Positions 30,462 through 40,666 of a stretch of DNA of 64,000 bases are shown here, piece after piece; the first letter of the stretch is position 1; every line of letters starts with the position of its first letter. Origin of the DNA: a virus; IMG/VR virus record IMGVR_UViG_3300042503_000983, positions 8,943 to 72,942 of that record, one strand, 5' to 3'. The notes under the pieces are model-generated. The model searched no databases. It had not been told where the DNA came from and saw only the letters and a program-made list of their open reading frames with translations. The position numbers and the translations under genes are program-made.

Positions 30462-31035
30462 TTGGAAAGATATTGGTAAGCCAAAAAGATTTATGTCAAT
30501 AGACGCTTCCTCTACTTCTGCTGCCTTTGCAATATTTGAAAACAGTGAATTGGTAAAGTTTGGAAAGATTAATTTTACTGGAAACGATCATTATAAAAAA
30601 GCTGGAGATGCTTGTAAAAAGCTAACTCCATTGTTTAAAACATTTGATGTTGAGGCAGTTGTAATAGAAAATACTATTTTTGCAAACTCTCCAAAGACAT
30701 CTATGCAATTAGCACTTGCACAGGGTGCTATTGTTAGTGCAGCATACATTAATGGGGTGAAGGAAATATATCCATGCGTACCAGTTGCTTGGCAAAACTG
30801 GATTGGAAACAAGGTTCTAACAAAAGAAGAAAAGTTTGAACTAAGAAAGAAGACTCCTGGAAAATCAGAATCTTGGTACAAAGGCAAGGAAAGAGAGTTC
30901 AGAAAGAATAGGACTATTAGACTTGTTAATATAGAATTTATGACTGATGTAGATGACAACGATGTTGCTGATGCAATTGCAATTGGATGGTACTCTACAA
31001 ACAACTGGAATAAAATAACTAAACTTGACTCATAA
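30448..31035 (+). CDS. RuvC-like resolvase
   Basis: MSIDASS, VVIEN, DNDVADAIAI. Confidence 0.75.
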   Translation: MSKSSWKDIGKPKRFMSIDASSTSAAFAIFENSELVKFGKINFTGNDHYKKAGDACKKLTPLFKTFDVEAVVIENTIFANSPKTSMQLALAQGAIVSAAYINGVKEIYPCVPVAWQNWIGNKVLTKEEKFELRKKTPGKSESWYKGKEREFRKNRTIRLVNIEFMTDVDDNDVADAIAIGWYSTNNWNKITKLDS

Positions 31036-31051
31036 AGGATATAATGATATT

Positions 31052-31204
31052 ATGAAAATGTACACTAATGAAAATTGGCTTAGAAAAAGATTCTTAATGG
31101 ATAAAAAAACTCCAGAAGAGATTGCAAAAGAATGTGGAGTTTCACTTGAAACTATATATGTTTATCTTGGTAAGTTTGGATTGAGAAAGAGTAGAAGGAA
31201 GTAA
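31052..31204 (+). CDS. Small HTH DNA-binding protein (50 aa, not in ORF track)
   Basis: KKTPEEIAKECGVSLETIYVYL; ATG 6 nt after TATAAT. Confidence 0.7.
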   Translation: MKMYTNENWLRKRFLMDKKTPEEIAKECGVSLETIYVYLGKFGLRKSRRK

Positions 31205-31539
31205 TGGCTGAATACCCATCAGAAGCATTCTTTGTAAATAAGAATGAAGAAAAGATTAAAAAGATTTTTGAACTTTCTAAAACTGCACCAGCTGGATACA
31301 GTATCCTTGCTGCCTGTTTAGATATTACAGAAATGTTGCTAGAAAAGAATGTAGCATACGGAAACTCTGCTCTTAATCCTATTCGCATCTTTAGCAACGC
31401 AGACGATATGGAGCAGTTAAATGTTCGTATTGATGATAAGTTAAATAGAATTAAAAATAAAAAGCTGTATGCAGGTGACAATGACGAAGATGATTTAATT
31501 GGATACCTATTGCTAAAGAAGGCTAAAAAGCGTGGCTAA
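31204..31539 (+). CDS. DUF1599/nucleotide-modification-associated domain protein
   Basis: KNVAYGNS...RIDDKLNRI...DLIGY. Confidence 0.6.
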   Translation: MAEYPSEAFFVNKNEEKIKKIFELSKTAPAGYSILAACLDITEMLLEKNVAYGNSALNPIRIFSNADDMEQLNVRIDDKLNRIKNKKLYAGDNDEDDLIGYLLLKKAKKRG

Positions 31540-31819
31540 AAGAAAAATTACTTACATAGATCGTTTTGAAAGAAAGTTTTCTATGGTAACTGAAACTGGT
31601 CACGAAGTAAACAAGGGTGACTTAATAAAGATTGTTGGGGAACATGGAGCTACTTTTAAGTTTCAATGCCTAGTCAAAAATCCTGAAAATGGTGTAGAAT
31701 GGATAGACTGCTTTCAAATGCTAAAGGATATGTCTGGACCAACTAGGTCTTTTTATCCTGACAGAGTTAAGGCAGTAAAGAAGAGAGGTAAACGTGTCAA
31801 GCGAAGCAGCACTAGTTGA
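31532..31819 (+). CDS. Hypothetical protein (SH3-like)
   Basis: GDLIKIVGE...EWIDC...RSFYPDRV. Confidence 0.5.
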   Translation: MAKRKITYIDRFERKFSMVTETGHEVNKGDLIKIVGEHGATFKFQCLVKNPENGVEWIDCFQMLKDMSGPTRSFYPDRVKAVKKRGKRVKRSSTS

Positions 31820-32318
31820 TCATTTAGATCTTGTTAATAAGGTTGCATCAGAATACCTAAAAGGTTCAGATGCTTCAGAGATTGCAAAAACTTTAAGTCT
31901 TCCAAGAGCAAAGGTAACAGAGTTACTTACTGACTGGAGAGTAATGGCTGCAAACAATCAAGCTATTCATGCTCGTGCAAAAGAGGCTCTTGCAGGTGCA
32001 GACCAGCACTACTCTTCGCTAATTAAAAAGGCTTATGAAGTTATTGACTCTGCAGATCAAACTGCAAATCTAACAGCCAAAACAACATCTATTAAACTTA
32101 TTGCTGACATTGAAAGCAAAAGGCTTGAGATGCTACAAAAGGCAGGTCTGTTAGATAACCAAGAGTTGGCAGATGAACTTTTAGAAACAGAAAGAAAGCA
32201 AGAAATTCTTATATCTATTCTAAAAGAAGTAACATCTTCTTGCGAAACCTGTAGACCAAAGGTTCTTAAAAAGCTTTCTCAGGTTAATGAGGGTGGAGTT
32301 GTTATAATTGACAATTGA
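31794..32318 (+). CDS. HTH protein, candidate terminase small subunit
   Basis: N-terminal HTH plus coiled coil; overlaps terL start. Confidence 0.5.
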   Translation: MSSEAALVDHLDLVNKVASEYLKGSDASEIAKTLSLPRAKVTELLTDWRVMAANNQAIHARAKEALAGADQHYSSLIKKAYEVIDSADQTANLTAKTTSIKLIADIESKRLEMLQKAGLLDNQELADELLETERKQEILISILKEVTSSCETCRPKVLKKLSQVNEGGVVIIDN

Positions 32319-34092
32319 TATTAGTGACTTTATGGAGGCTCTTGATGAGTCACCTTTTGCAGAAACTCCTGTTGATGTTGTAACTTTTGTTACTGGAGAA
32401 AAGTTTTTAAATCAGCCAGACCTATCTGAGTATCAATACACCCTTGTTGAATGTATGAGTCAAATTTTTGAAGAAAAAGATTTGATTAGATTTATGGGAG
32501 AAGAGGCTGGTAAAGAACATTATAAAAAATATACCAAGAGCGAGATTATCATGCAGCTTGGAAAAGGTAGCGGAAAAGACTACACCTCTACAGTAGGATG
32601 TTCTTATTTAGTTTATAAGCTACTATGCTTAAAAGATCCATCAAGATATTTTGGCAAACCATCTAATGATGCTATTGATATTATGAATGTTGCTATCAAT
32701 GCTCAACAGGCTAAGAATGTTTTCTTCAAAGGATTTAGAAGTAAGATAGAAGGATCTCCGTGGTTTGCGGGAAAGTTTTCTGCTCCAAAAATTGATAGTA
32801 TTGAGTTTGACAAAGCAATTACCGTTTACTCTGGTCACTCTGAAAGAGAGTCTGCTGAAGGTTTGAACTTAATGCTTGCAATCCTTGATGAGATTTCTGG
32901 CTTTGCAATGGAGTCTGCAAGTGGAAACGATCATGCTAAGACGGCTGATAATATTTATAAAGCATTTCGTGGATCTGTTGACTCACGTTTTCCAGACTTT
33001 GGAAAAGTTGTTCTATTGTCATTCCCTCGTTTTAAAGGTGACTTTATTTCAACAAGGTATGAAGATGTTATTGCAGAAAAAGAAACTGTGGTTAGGTCAC
33101 ATGAATTTATTTTAAACCCTGCCCTATCAGAAGATGATCCTCAAAATAAGTTTACTGTAGAGTGGGACGAGGATCATATCAACTCATACAAGCTCCCTGG
33201 AGTTTTTGCACTTAAGAGACCAACTTGGGAAATTAATCCAACAAGAAAAATTGAAGATTTTAAGTTAGCATTTTTTACAGATATGGCTGATGCACTAATG
33301 CGTTTTGCCTGTATGCCAACTACATCATCTGATGCATTTTTTAAGAACAGGGAAAAGCTAGGGATGGCTTTTAAAAAGAATAATCCAATTGATAGTGCAA
33401 AAAGAATAGAAGAATCTTTTGTTCCAGATGCAGAGACAACATACTATGTTCATGCTGACCTTGCTCAAAAACATGATAAGTGTGCTGTAGCAATATCCCA
33501 TGTTGACAAGTGGGTAAGCGTACAGTCTTTTAATGGATATGAACAAGTAGTTCCATTCGTTGTTGTTGATGCGATAGTTTATTGGGAGCCAAGGAAAGAA
33601 GGTCCAGTAGATTTATCAGAAGTAAAAAACTGGATCATTAATCTTAGAAGACTTGGATTTAATTTAGGAATGGTTACTTTTGACCGTTGGAATTCTTTTG
33701 ACATTCAAAGAGACTTGACAAGTGTTGGAATTAAAACAGAAACTCTTTCGGTAGCTAAAAAGCACTACGAAGATCTTTCTATGCTGGTTTATGAAGAAAG
33801 AGTTGTTCTTCCTCAAATAGATTTATTACTTGAAGAAATGCAGGAACTTAGAATTATGAATAATAATAGAGTAGATCACCCTAGAAAGAAGTCTAAGGAC
33901 CTTGCAGATGCTATGTGTGGCTCAGTATATAATGCAATTAGTCATACAAGAAGAGAAAAAATTCAGGAAGTAGAAGTTCATACTTATAAGTCTCGTCCAA
34001 AGGTTGACAAGGACGATGAAAAAATGGTACAATCGAAACCTGAAATGACAGAAGATATTAAAGAATATCTTATGAACTTTAATTTAATTTAG
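32308..34092 (+). CDS. terL: Terminase large subunit
   Basis: GKGSGKD Walker A, ILDE Walker B, HADLA, DHP..KSKDLADA nuclease motifs. Confidence 0.9.
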   Translation: MTIDISDFMEALDESPFAETPVDVVTFVTGEKFLNQPDLSEYQYTLVECMSQIFEEKDLIRFMGEEAGKEHYKKYTKSEIIMQLGKGSGKDYTSTVGCSYLVYKLLCLKDPSRYFGKPSNDAIDIMNVAINAQQAKNVFFKGFRSKIEGSPWFAGKFSAPKIDSIEFDKAITVYSGHSERESAEGLNLMLAILDEISGFAMESASGNDHAKTADNIYKAFRGSVDSRFPDFGKVVLLSFPRFKGDFISTRYEDVIAEKETVVRSHEFILNPALSEDDPQNKFTVEWDEDHINSYKLPGVFALKRPTWEINPTRKIEDFKLAFFTDMADALMRFACMPTTSSDAFFKNREKLGMAFKKNNPIDSAKRIEESFVPDAETTYYVHADLAQKHDKCAVAISHVDKWVSVQSFNGYEQVVPFVVVDAIVYWEPRKEGPVDLSEVKNWIINLRRLGFNLGMVTFDRWNSFDIQRDLTSVGIKTETLSVAKKHYEDLSMLVYEERVVLPQIDLLLEEMQELRIMNNNRVDHPRKKSKDLADAMCGSVYNAISHTRREKIQEVEVHTYKSRPKVDKDDEKMVQSKPEMTEDIKEYLMNFNLI

Positions 34093-34107
34093 TAGAAATG
34101 GAAAATA

Positions 34108-35121
34108 ATGAGTAAGAGAGTTCTTTTAACTGGTGCTAGTGGTTTTGTTGGAAGCCATGTATTGAGACACCTATTGGTTAACACAGATTGGTTTATTGTT
34201 TGTCCAACTACATTTACACACAAAGGTTTGACAGATAGAATTAACGTTGCTTGTGACGATTTTCCAGATGCTTACAAACGTATCAAGGTAATTAAGACAG
34301 ACTTAACAGCTCCAATTTCTCCAGTAACTTATCATGCATTTGGAGAAATTGATTATGTTATAAATGTTGCTAGTGAAAGTCATGTTGATAGAAGTATTGA
34401 AGAGCCTACTCCTTTTATCTTAAACAATGTTTCTTTAATATGTAATCTGCTTGATTGGGCAAGAGTTTCAAAACCAGAAAAGTTTTTGCATATATCAACT
34501 GATGAAGTTTATGGTCCAGCTCCAAAGGGACACGCTCACAAAGAATGGGTAGATCAATACTTCCCAAGCAATCCATACTCTGCTTCTAAAGCAGCACAAG
34601 AAAGCATTGCGTTTTCATACTGGAGAACATACGGTGTTCCAGTTGCAATTACAAACACAATGAATATTATTGGAGAAACTCAGGATACCGAAAAGTTTAT
34701 GCCAATGGTAATTAAAAAGGTTCTTAATGGCGATACAATGAAGATACATGCATCTCCAGAGGGAGAAGTTGGAAGTCGCTTTTATCTACATGCTAGAAAT
34801 CAAGCAGATGGTCTTTTGCACGTTCTTAAGCAGCACTTCCCAGCCTACGGAGAATCTGATGTTCCAGCAAAGTTTCACATTGTTGGTGAAAGAGAAGTTG
34901 ACAATTTAGAAATGGCTCAGTTAATTGCTTCAGCAGTAGGAAAGCCTTTACGCTATGAGTTAGAAGACTTTCATTCATCACGTCCAGGACACGATCTAAG
35001 GTACGCCTTGGATGGAAAAAAGATAGCTGACACAGGATGGGTATCACCAATGCCACTAGAAGAATCTATTAGAAAGACAGTTGAGTGGACTCTTAAGCAT
35101 CCAGAATGGCTTAATTTGTGA
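34108..35121 (+). CDS. rmlB: dTDP-glucose 4,6-dehydratase-like NAD-dependent epimerase/dehydratase
   Basis: TGASGFVG, ASESHVDRSI, STDEVYG, YSASK, RPGHDLRYA. Confidence 0.88.
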   Translation: MSKRVLLTGASGFVGSHVLRHLLVNTDWFIVCPTTFTHKGLTDRINVACDDFPDAYKRIKVIKTDLTAPISPVTYHAFGEIDYVINVASESHVDRSIEEPTPFILNNVSLICNLLDWARVSKPEKFLHISTDEVYGPAPKGHAHKEWVDQYFPSNPYSASKAAQESIAFSYWRTYGVPVAITNTMNIIGETQDTEKFMPMVIKKVLNGDTMKIHASPEGEVGSRFYLHARNQADGLLHVLKQHFPAYGESDVPAKFHIVGEREVDNLEMAQLIASAVGKPLRYELEDFHSSRPGHDLRYALDGKKIADTGWVSPMPLEESIRKTVEWTLKHPEWLNL

Positions 35122-36149
35122 AAGAGTACTTAGTTAACAACGACATTTGTTTTGATGATATCTTAATGGTTCCACAGTACTCAGAGGTAATAAGTAGATC
35201 TTTGGTGGACTTAAAAATGCATACTGGTGGATACACATGGTTAGACCTACCAGTAATTGCTTCTCCTATGGATACTGTTTGTGAAAAAGATATGGCAATT
35301 GCAATTGCTGAATCTGGTGGTATTGGAATTATTCATAGATTTATGTCAGTAAAAAATCAGATAAAAATGGTTGAACAGGTTTTTAGCCATAAGAATCTTG
35401 GACTTCCTGTTGGTGCAGCTTTGTCAACTAACTTTATTGAAGAGCATGTTGATAAGTTAATTAAAGCAGGAGCTTCAATGCTTTTAATTGATACTGCTAA
35501 TGGTCATAGTAAAGTAGCAATTGATGCAGTTGCTAGGCTTAAAAACCTTGTTGAAGATTCTGTTCATATTATGGCTGGAAATGTTGCTACCGTTGAAGGT
35601 TATATTGCATTAGATTCTGCAGGTGCTGATTCTATTAGAGTTGGCATTGGTGGAGGTAGCATGTGCACAACAAGGATTGTATCTGGTCATGGTATTCCAA
35701 CACTATCTTCAATTATAAACGTGCGAGAGGCAAAAGATAAGTTTGGCTTAAATGCTGCTATTGTAGCAGATGGTGGCATTAGAAATACTGGAGACATGGT
35801 TAAAGCATTTGCAGCAGGAGCAGACTCCGTGATGCTTGGCTCAATGTTGGCTGGTACTGATGAATCTCCAGGATCTTTACATTTTAAAGGTGATAAAAAA
35901 TTTAAAGTATTTAGGGGAATGGCTAGTAAAGAAGCTAATAAAGATAAAGACATTGCAGTTGCAGAAGGAATCTCTACAATGATTCCATACAAAGGATCTG
36001 TAAAAGATATTTTTAAAGATATTAAGGGTGGCATTGGAAGTGGATGCTCCTATAGTGGAGTAGACTATCTTTGCAATTTATATCAAGAATCTATGTATGT
36101 TAGGGTATCGCCACTAACTGTAAAGGAGTCAATGCCACATGGAAAATAA
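35118..36149 (+). CDS. IMP dehydrogenase/GMP reductase family protein without CBS domains
   Basis: [29 protein letters not shown]. Confidence 0.88.
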   Translation: MKEYLVNNDICFDDILMVPQYSEVISRSLVDLKMHTGGYTWLDLPVIASPMDTVCEKDMAIAIAESGGIGIIHRFMSVKNQIKMVEQVFSHKNLGLPVGAALSTNFIEEHVDKLIKAGASMLLIDTANGHSKVAIDAVARLKNLVEDSVHIMAGNVATVEGYIALDSAGADSIRVGIGGGSMCTTRIVSGHGIPTLSSIINVREAKDKFGLNAAIVADGGIRNTGDMVKAFAAGADSVMLGSMLAGTDESPGSLHFKGDKKFKVFRGMASKEANKDKDIAVAEGISTMIPYKGSVKDIFKDIKGGIGSGCSYSGVDYLCNLYQESMYVRVSPLTVKESMPHGK

Positions 36150-36498
36150 TGAAGAAATAAATGAGCAAGAACTTTCAGAAATGATTGAGTACCTTATTGA
36201 ACTAGGTGCTATGGAAATTATGGGGTACGACTCTGTATCAGATAATTTTACATACAGAATTACTTCAAAGTGTAAAGAGATATATCCAGAACTATATTAC
36301 TCACACTATGAGGCTGTTGGAGAGCTAGCACAAAGCCTTTGGATGCAAGATATTATTGACATAGTATTTACTGAGGGTGAAACAATTGTTGGCGTTACTC
36401 AAGAACAGATAGATTTTATAAAAGAAACCATGCACACTTTTACTGATGATGAAAGATTTTTTCTTGAAACAATTTTATCCCACTACGATCAAAAATAA
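36139..36498 (+). CDS. Hypothetical acidic protein
   Basis: ORF with RBS. Confidence 0.55.
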   Translation: MENNEEINEQELSEMIEYLIELGAMEIMGYDSVSDNFTYRITSKCKEIYPELYYSHYEAVGELAQSLWMQDIIDIVFTEGETIVGVTQEQIDFIKETMHTFTDDERFFLETILSHYDQK

Positions 36499-36512
36499 GA
36501 TATAATGTAGTT

Positions 36513-37718
36513 ATGAGTATTATCAAGGCTGATGAGTGGGAGGGTGAACCCCTTTACAATATGCTTTCAGAAGATGAAAAGGCTTTTGCAGACTCATTAC
36601 TAAAATTAACAGAAGACGTTGGACCACTAGATCAATCAGAGGGTATCTGGATTGGATATGAAGATGGTGCTAATAATGAAAATCTTTCAATTGGTGTTAA
36701 GTGTGGAAACTGTGCTCTTCACAAATCTGCTATTGCTTGTGCAATAATTTCACAACAGATTGAAGAAAATGGTATTTGTAGACTTGCAGTAATTCCAGAC
36801 GGATATGTAAATTCTGATATGAAAAATTCTGGAGAAGAGTTTGAAGAAATGAATCCTGAAATGTATAAGTCTGATAATGAAGATGAAGATAAGTGGGACA
36901 ACCTAGAAAAGAAATGCTGGGTTGGATACAGACAAGATGGAATGAAAGAAAAGAATGGAAGAATGGTTCCAAACTGTGTACCAGTTAAAAAATCAGAAGA
37001 TGGCGTTCTTGGAAATGATGACACTCCAAATAAAAATCCTCACAGCATGGAAGATTGTACAGATAAAAATTGTCCAGAGCATCATATGGGAAAGAAAGAT
37101 TACTCTGATAAAGAAAGACAGATGCTAGCTCGTAGAGACATGGCTTTACCTGATGGATCTTTTCCAATTGTTACGGTGGCAGATTTAAGTAATGCAATTC
37201 AAGCAGTTGGACGTGCCTCAAATTACTCAAGGGCTCGTAATCATATCATTAGAAGAGCCAAAGCCCTTAACAGAGAAGACTTACTTCCAGAAGATTGGAA
37301 GCCAAAGTCTGCAAGAAAGTCTTTTGAAATTGAAAAAAGAGATGTATCAGATATTGATTTAAAGCCAACTGAAACAATGGCTAACAATGCAAAAAGAGGT
37401 CTTGAGCTTAGAGCTAAGTTTGGTAGAGGTGGAACTGCAGTTGGAGTTGCTCGTGCTCGTGATCTAAGTAACCGTACAAATCTAAGCCCAGAAACTGTTG
37501 CAAGAATGTATTCTTTTTTCTCAAGACATGAGGTAGATAAAAAGGGTAAAGATTGGGACAATGCAGAGCGTCCATCAAATGGTAAGATAGCCTGGCTACT
37601 CTGGGGTGGAGATGCTGGATATGCTTGGTCAACACAAAAATGGAAAGCTATTCAAAATGCAAGAGCATCTAAATCAGATGACACTTGGAAAGACTCACCA
37701 TTTTCTTTTTATAAATAA
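36513..37718 (+). CDS. Multi-module protein, probably head-associated
   Basis: Modules CGNC..C, CWVGY..MVPNCVP, ALPDGSFPI (DUF6582-like), GRGGTAVG..AWLLWGG. Confidence 0.55.
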   Translation: MSIIKADEWEGEPLYNMLSEDEKAFADSLLKLTEDVGPLDQSEGIWIGYEDGANNENLSIGVKCGNCALHKSAIACAIISQQIEENGICRLAVIPDGYVNSDMKNSGEEFEEMNPEMYKSDNEDEDKWDNLEKKCWVGYRQDGMKEKNGRMVPNCVPVKKSEDGVLGNDDTPNKNPHSMEDCTDKNCPEHHMGKKDYSDKERQMLARRDMALPDGSFPIVTVADLSNAIQAVGRASNYSRARNHIIRRAKALNREDLLPEDWKPKSARKSFEIEKRDVSDIDLKPTETMANNAKRGLELRAKFGRGGTAVGVARARDLSNRTNLSPETVARMYSFFSRHEVDKKGKDWDNAERPSNGKIAWLLWGGDAGYAWSTQKWKAIQNARASKSDDTWKDSPFSFYK

Positions 37719-38093
37719 TTGGAGGCAGTTATGAAAAAAATATCCCCCTTTAGAACTTTTTCAGGATGCCTAGTTGCCATAAACTTTTTTGCAGTAAATG
37801 TATTTGTTCTAATAGAATCTTTTTATAGAAAAGATGAGTTAGAAATATTCTTCACCAAATCCTTGCCAAACTCTACAAAGAGCCAGCTAGACAAGGTTCT
37901 AGATGAAGAGACTGTAAGGGTAGCCATTCAAGATAATAGTGCCTATTGGGTGGTAGACAACATACTTTACAAGTGTGACATAAATGAAGAAGGAAGAATT
38001 GATAATGAAAATGCTGAAAAGGTTGACGTTTTTAACTTATCAGAAAAAGAAATAAGTAATTTAATTTCTATAATAGATAGCATAAATAGCTAA
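37719..38093 (+). CDS. Hypothetical membrane-anchored protein
   Basis: N-terminal hydrophobic segment. Confidence 0.5.
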   Translation: MEAVMKKISPFRTFSGCLVAINFFAVNVFVLIESFYRKDELEIFFTKSLPNSTKSQLDKVLDEETVRVAIQDNSAYWVVDNILYKCDINEEGRIDNENAEKVDVFNLSEKEISNLISIIDSINS

Positions 38094-38099
38094 ATAAAG

Positions 38100-38128
38100 T
38101 TGACAAAGGTCAAATAAAAATGTATAAT
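38100..38128 (+). promoter_or_regulatory. Canonical sigma-A promoter
   Basis: TTGACA-N17-TATAAT. Confidence 0.8.
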
Positions 38129-38154
38129 AGTGTTTTAAGAGAAAAGGTATAGCC

Positions 38155-38505
38155 ATGGTTATTGTAGTTGAGGGAACAAAAGCGTTCTCTGATTATGAAA
38201 TATTTATGAGAGCAATGACAGTAGCTTTGTCAACTCCAAATGATAACAATCAAATTCAGGTATGGAGTCTTGGACCTCATAAGATTAATAATTTTACTGC
38301 ATCTTTTTGTAACTCTTCAGAAAATTATTTAAAGCAAAAAGGTTTTAAGGTTTCTTTTTCCAAGGTTGCTGAACAATGGGTTAGACAAAATATTGAGCAT
38401 ATAACATATTATGCATATTTTAGTTTGCCAAAAGAACCGTTGTCAAAATTTGCAACACACATGGAACATCAAGAAGATATTGAGATGGGAATATTTAGAT
38501 ACTAA
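38155..38505 (+). CDS. Hypothetical protein (SLOG/YspA-like start)
   Basis: MVIVVEGTKAFSDY. Confidence 0.5.
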   Translation: MVIVVEGTKAFSDYEIFMRAMTVALSTPNDNNQIQVWSLGPHKINNFTASFCNSSENYLKQKGFKVSFSKVAEQWVRQNIEHITYYAYFSLPKEPLSKFATHMEHQEDIEMGIFRY

Positions 38506-38768
38506 TGAGTCTTTCAACCTGGTCACTAATAGTTTTTACAGCACACTGTTTATTTTATTCTTCAATGTTTATTGCAGTTACATTTAAAGCAAGTGTAACT
38601 AAAATATCTTTGATGATTATTTTTTGGATTATAAATCAAGTAGTAATTCTTTGGTATGGCATTGCAACAAATCAAATAGGGTTCATTTTAATATTTATAT
38701 TGCAATTTATTGTCACCCTATTAACATTAATCATTACTACAGAAAGATCTATTAGTGAAAATATCTGA
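38505..38768 (+). CDS. Small membrane protein
   Basis: Three hydrophobic segments. Confidence 0.55.
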   Translation: MSLSTWSLIVFTAHCLFYSSMFIAVTFKASVTKISLMIIFWIINQVVILWYGIATNQIGFILIFILQFIVTLLTLIITTERSISENI

Positions 38769-38982
38769 TCTAAATAAAATGGAATCAATAGTAGGTAACA
38801 ACCCTTCTTTAAAATGGGAAGGTTGGAGCGTAGTATTTATTGAAGAGGATGGAGATGCTAACTTGAAAAAGAATGCAGCCTTCATTGACTCTAAGTGGCA
38901 CAAGAAGATTGTGTTTGAAAATATTGATGGGGTATGGGATATTCCAGACTCTATATTAAGGAAGGGCGATGTACAAGTTTGA
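38755..38982 (+). CDS. Hypothetical protein
   Basis: Coupled ORF. Confidence 0.55.
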   Translation: MKISDLNKMESIVGNNPSLKWEGWSVVFIEEDGDANLKKNAAFIDSKWHKKIVFENIDGVWDIPDSILRKGDVQV

Positions 38983-39250
38983 TGAAAAAGCTTTATGCCT
39001 TAATATGGATACAAATCTTTTCTTTGATCAATATGAAGAAAATCCAGAAGTTTCAAAAAAAGTAGATCTTTTATGTATAAAATGTCCAGCACAAAGACAG
39101 TGCCTAGCTTATGGAGTCAGTAATTCTGAGTGGGGTGTTTGGGGCGGTGTTTACCTAGAAGGTGGAAAGATATCTAAAGAGTTTAACAGTCATAAAGAAA
39201 AGACTGACTGGTTTAATGTTTGGTCTGGAATAACTTTGGAAAATAGCTAA
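38969..39250 (+). CDS. whiB: WhiB-family Fe-S transcription factor
   Basis: C-x25-C-x2-C-x5-C with LFF and GVWGG turn. Confidence 0.9.
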   Translation: MYKFDEKALCLNMDTNLFFDQYEENPEVSKKVDLLCIKCPAQRQCLAYGVSNSEWGVWGGVYLEGGKISKEFNSHKEKTDWFNVWSGITLENS

Positions 39251-39498
39251 TGTACACAGCACAAATGAAAAAGGCTGTACACTCAGTAAAGCCTCCAAAT
39301 GATTTTCACATGGACATAGTTGACTACAAACACTTCCTTGCTATACAATTTTATGAGAGTCATTGGAGACATATGAACGACTCAGAAAGACTTCGTTGTA
39401 TAAAGTATATGACGAAAATAAAAACAATGCTGGAGAGTCTTGGAGCACAGGTAGCCCTGGATCCAATTCTTGACATAACACACCCAGGTAAGGGTTAA
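39250..39498 (+). CDS. Hypothetical protein
   Basis: Coupled to whiB. Confidence 0.55.
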   Translation: MYTAQMKKAVHSVKPPNDFHMDIVDYKHFLAIQFYESHWRHMNDSERLRCIKYMTKIKTMLESLGAQVALDPILDITHPGKG

Positions 39499-39508
39499 GG
39501 AGAAAAAA

Positions 39509-39919
39509 ATGGCTACACTAATTACAGTAGTTGGAAATCTAGTAAAAGATCCAGAAATTAAGGATCTTGGCTCTGGAAAAGTTCTTGCAAAGCTTAGAGT
39601 TGCAAGTACTGAAAGGTTTCAAGATTCTGATGGATCTTGGAAAGATGGGGACACAGCATTCTATGATGTTGTATGTTGGAGAACGTTAGCAGAAAATGTC
39701 TCATCAAATCTTTCAAAGGGCAATAAGGTAATTGTTCATGGTAAATTAAAGTATCGTGAATTTGATCGCAAAGATGGAACAAGAGGAAATGCTTTTGAAA
39801 TTGATGCCACAGATGTTGGTGCATCTTTATCAATCAAGTCTGGAACATTTAATAAAACTAGTAATGTTTCAAACTCAACAGTTTCAGTTGGAGCAGAAGA
39901 GCCTGATCCCTGGGCTTAG
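39509..39919 (+). CDS. ssb: Single-stranded DNA-binding protein
   Basis: VGNLVKDPE, CWRTLAENV, VIVHGKLK, acidic DPW tail. Confidence 0.9.
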   Translation: MATLITVVGNLVKDPEIKDLGSGKVLAKLRVASTERFQDSDGSWKDGDTAFYDVVCWRTLAENVSSNLSKGNKVIVHGKLKYREFDRKDGTRGNAFEIDATDVGASLSIKSGTFNKTSNVSNSTVSVGAEEPDPWA

Positions 39920-39926
39920 TTTAATT

Positions 39927-39965
39927 GGTACTCCCTCATTATAAACATGGGGGAGTATCTTTTAT
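39927..39965 (+). terminator. Intrinsic terminator
   Basis: GGTACTCCCTCAT/ATGGGGGAGTATC stem followed by TTTTAT. Confidence 0.7.
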
Positions 39966-39982
39966 AAAAGAATGAGAGTATT

Positions 39983-40492
39983 GTGAATAAAGTTTGTTAT
40001 AAATGTAAAGAAGAAAAGTCTATAGATCTTTTTTATAAGAAAAGCTCTACTAAAGATGGACTTACGTCTCATTGTAAAAAATGTATAAATTTATATAACT
40101 CTGAAAAGAAAGAACAAAAAAGAGAGTATGACTATTACTATCGTATAAGAAATAGAAAACGAATTAAAAAAGTTAAAGACCTTTATTATTTAAATAATCA
40201 TGAGTTGTATAGAGATAAAGCTCATGGTCGCAGAGCTAAAGTAAATCAAAATGGAGTTTTTAAAATACTTAGAAAAGAACTAAAAAGGTTGTATAGCTCA
40301 CCATGTTTTTATTGTGGATCATTAAATAAAATTACTATAGATCATGTTATTCCAATCAGCCGTGGTGGAACTCATGGAATAGGAAATTTGGTTGCAGCCT
40401 GTGCTTTTTGCAACAGAAGTAAAAATAAAAAGTTTTTAATTGAATGGAAGAGAGATTTGACATTTTTAAAGAATTCTGGTAAAGTAGATTAA
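39983..40492 (+). CDS. Free-standing HNH endonuclease
   Basis: CFYCG, IDHVIPISRGG, NLVAACAFCNRSK. Confidence 0.88.
   Translation: MNKVCYKCKEEKSIDLFYKKSSTKDGLTSHCKKCINLYNSEKKEQKREYDYYYRIRNRKRIKKVKDLYYLNNHELYRDKAHGRRAKVNQNGVFKILRKELKRLYSSPCFYCGSLNKITIDHVIPISRGGTHGIGNLVAACAFCNRSKNKKFLIEWKRDLTFLKNSGKVD
40457..40485 (+). promoter_or_regulatory. Sigma-A promoter, leaderless transcript
   Basis: TTGACA-N17-TAAAGT, ATG 6 nt downstream. Confidence 0.65.
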
Positions 40493-40665
40493 TGCCAGTA
40501 TATTTATATGCATGTGAAAAATGCGAGGATAACAAAGAGTTGGTAAAGGGTATGAATGACCCTGATCCAATAATTTGTCCAGATTGTAGTAGTAACATTA
40601 AAAGAATTTTTGGTGTAGGTGGAATTCAATTTAAAGGAAAAGGCTTTTATAGCACAGGAGGATAG
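40492..40665 (+). CDS. FmdB-family zinc-ribbon protein (57 aa, not in ORF track)
   Basis: MPVYLYACEKC...CPDC...IQFKGKGFYST. Confidence 0.85.
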   Translation: MPVYLYACEKCEDNKELVKGMNDPDPIICPDCSSNIKRIFGVGGIQFKGKGFYSTGG

Positions 40666-40666
40666 T

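Noticed and set aside
20872-34092. Inteins or introns in dnaB, dnaE, recA or terL
   Set aside because: Protein lengths are ordinary and no splice-junction motifs or frame breaks were seen
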